From the NCBI GenBank assembly GCA_963775425.1, contig CAVZJB010000001.1:1-64000 (forward strand): a stretch of DNA of 64,000 bases, read 5' to 3'. The DNA is from an uncultured delta proteobacterium. GTDB taxonomy: Bacteria; Myxococcota; UBA727; VGSZ01. Positions within the stretch are counted from its first letter, which is position 1. Each line of letters starts with the position of its first letter. A program made the translations under genes and the position numbers. A model generated the notes under the pieces. That model made no database searches, was not told the DNA's origin, and saw only the letters and a program-made list of their open reading frames with translations. Below, piece after piece: positions 63,843-64,000 of the stretch.

Positions 63843-64000
63843 TCACGAGCCGCGCAGCACGTAGTAGGCGGTGGCGACGGCGACGAAGAGCGCCACGAGG
63901 GCGCCGAGGATGGGCAGCAGGCGGGAGCCGCGCGCGGCGTCGGCGTCCCACAAGGGCAGCTCCTCGGGCTCGAGCGTGGCCGACAGCGAAGGCAGGGGGA
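63843..64000 (-). CDS. C-terminal end of a membrane-anchored protein (partial)
   Basis: ...EELPLWDADAARGSRLLPILGALVALFVAVATAYYVLRGS* runs off the window. Confidence 0.55.
   Translation of the reverse strand, partial: PLPSLSATLEPEELPLWDADAARGSRLLPILGALVALFVAVATAYYVLRGS

Overview
Very GC-rich bacterial chromosomal window. It is most consistent with a Myxococcota-like deltaproteobacterium (inferred from three membrane Ser/Thr kinases, MYXO-CTERM-like tails, an AgmX/PglI-type domain, a DUF6178-like protein and many Cys-rich lipoproteins). Housekeeping genes (hrcA-grpE-dnaK, cardiolipin synthase, GST, tal, birA, nadC, acyl-CoA carboxylase beta) are interspersed with envelope and signalling genes, a MacAB-type ABC exporter, a minor-pilin cluster and an ECF sigma module. 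No transposase, integrase, rRNA, intact tRNA or CRISPR array was seen. Four signals stand out. (1) An unannotated 39-codon gene (9962-10081) with a strong RBS and its own downstream hairpins encodes only a signal peptide plus Cys-(Glu-Gly)5-Glu. It heads a cluster of Cys-rich lipoproteins and a Ser/Thr kinase, and (GE)n tracts recur in four other envelope proteins. (2) Four paralogous C-x5-C...CW-x8/9-C-x3-C lipoproteins occur as two tandem pairs, one beside a kinase and one at the head of an ABC exporter operon. (3) An ~80-nt structured repeat starts at the TGA stop of three unrelated genes, with a second ~100-nt palindromic module following it in two of the copies. (4) A minor-pilin cluster ends in a giant Cys-rich PilX-like protein. 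All protein family calls are from motif recognition by eye; no database searches were run.
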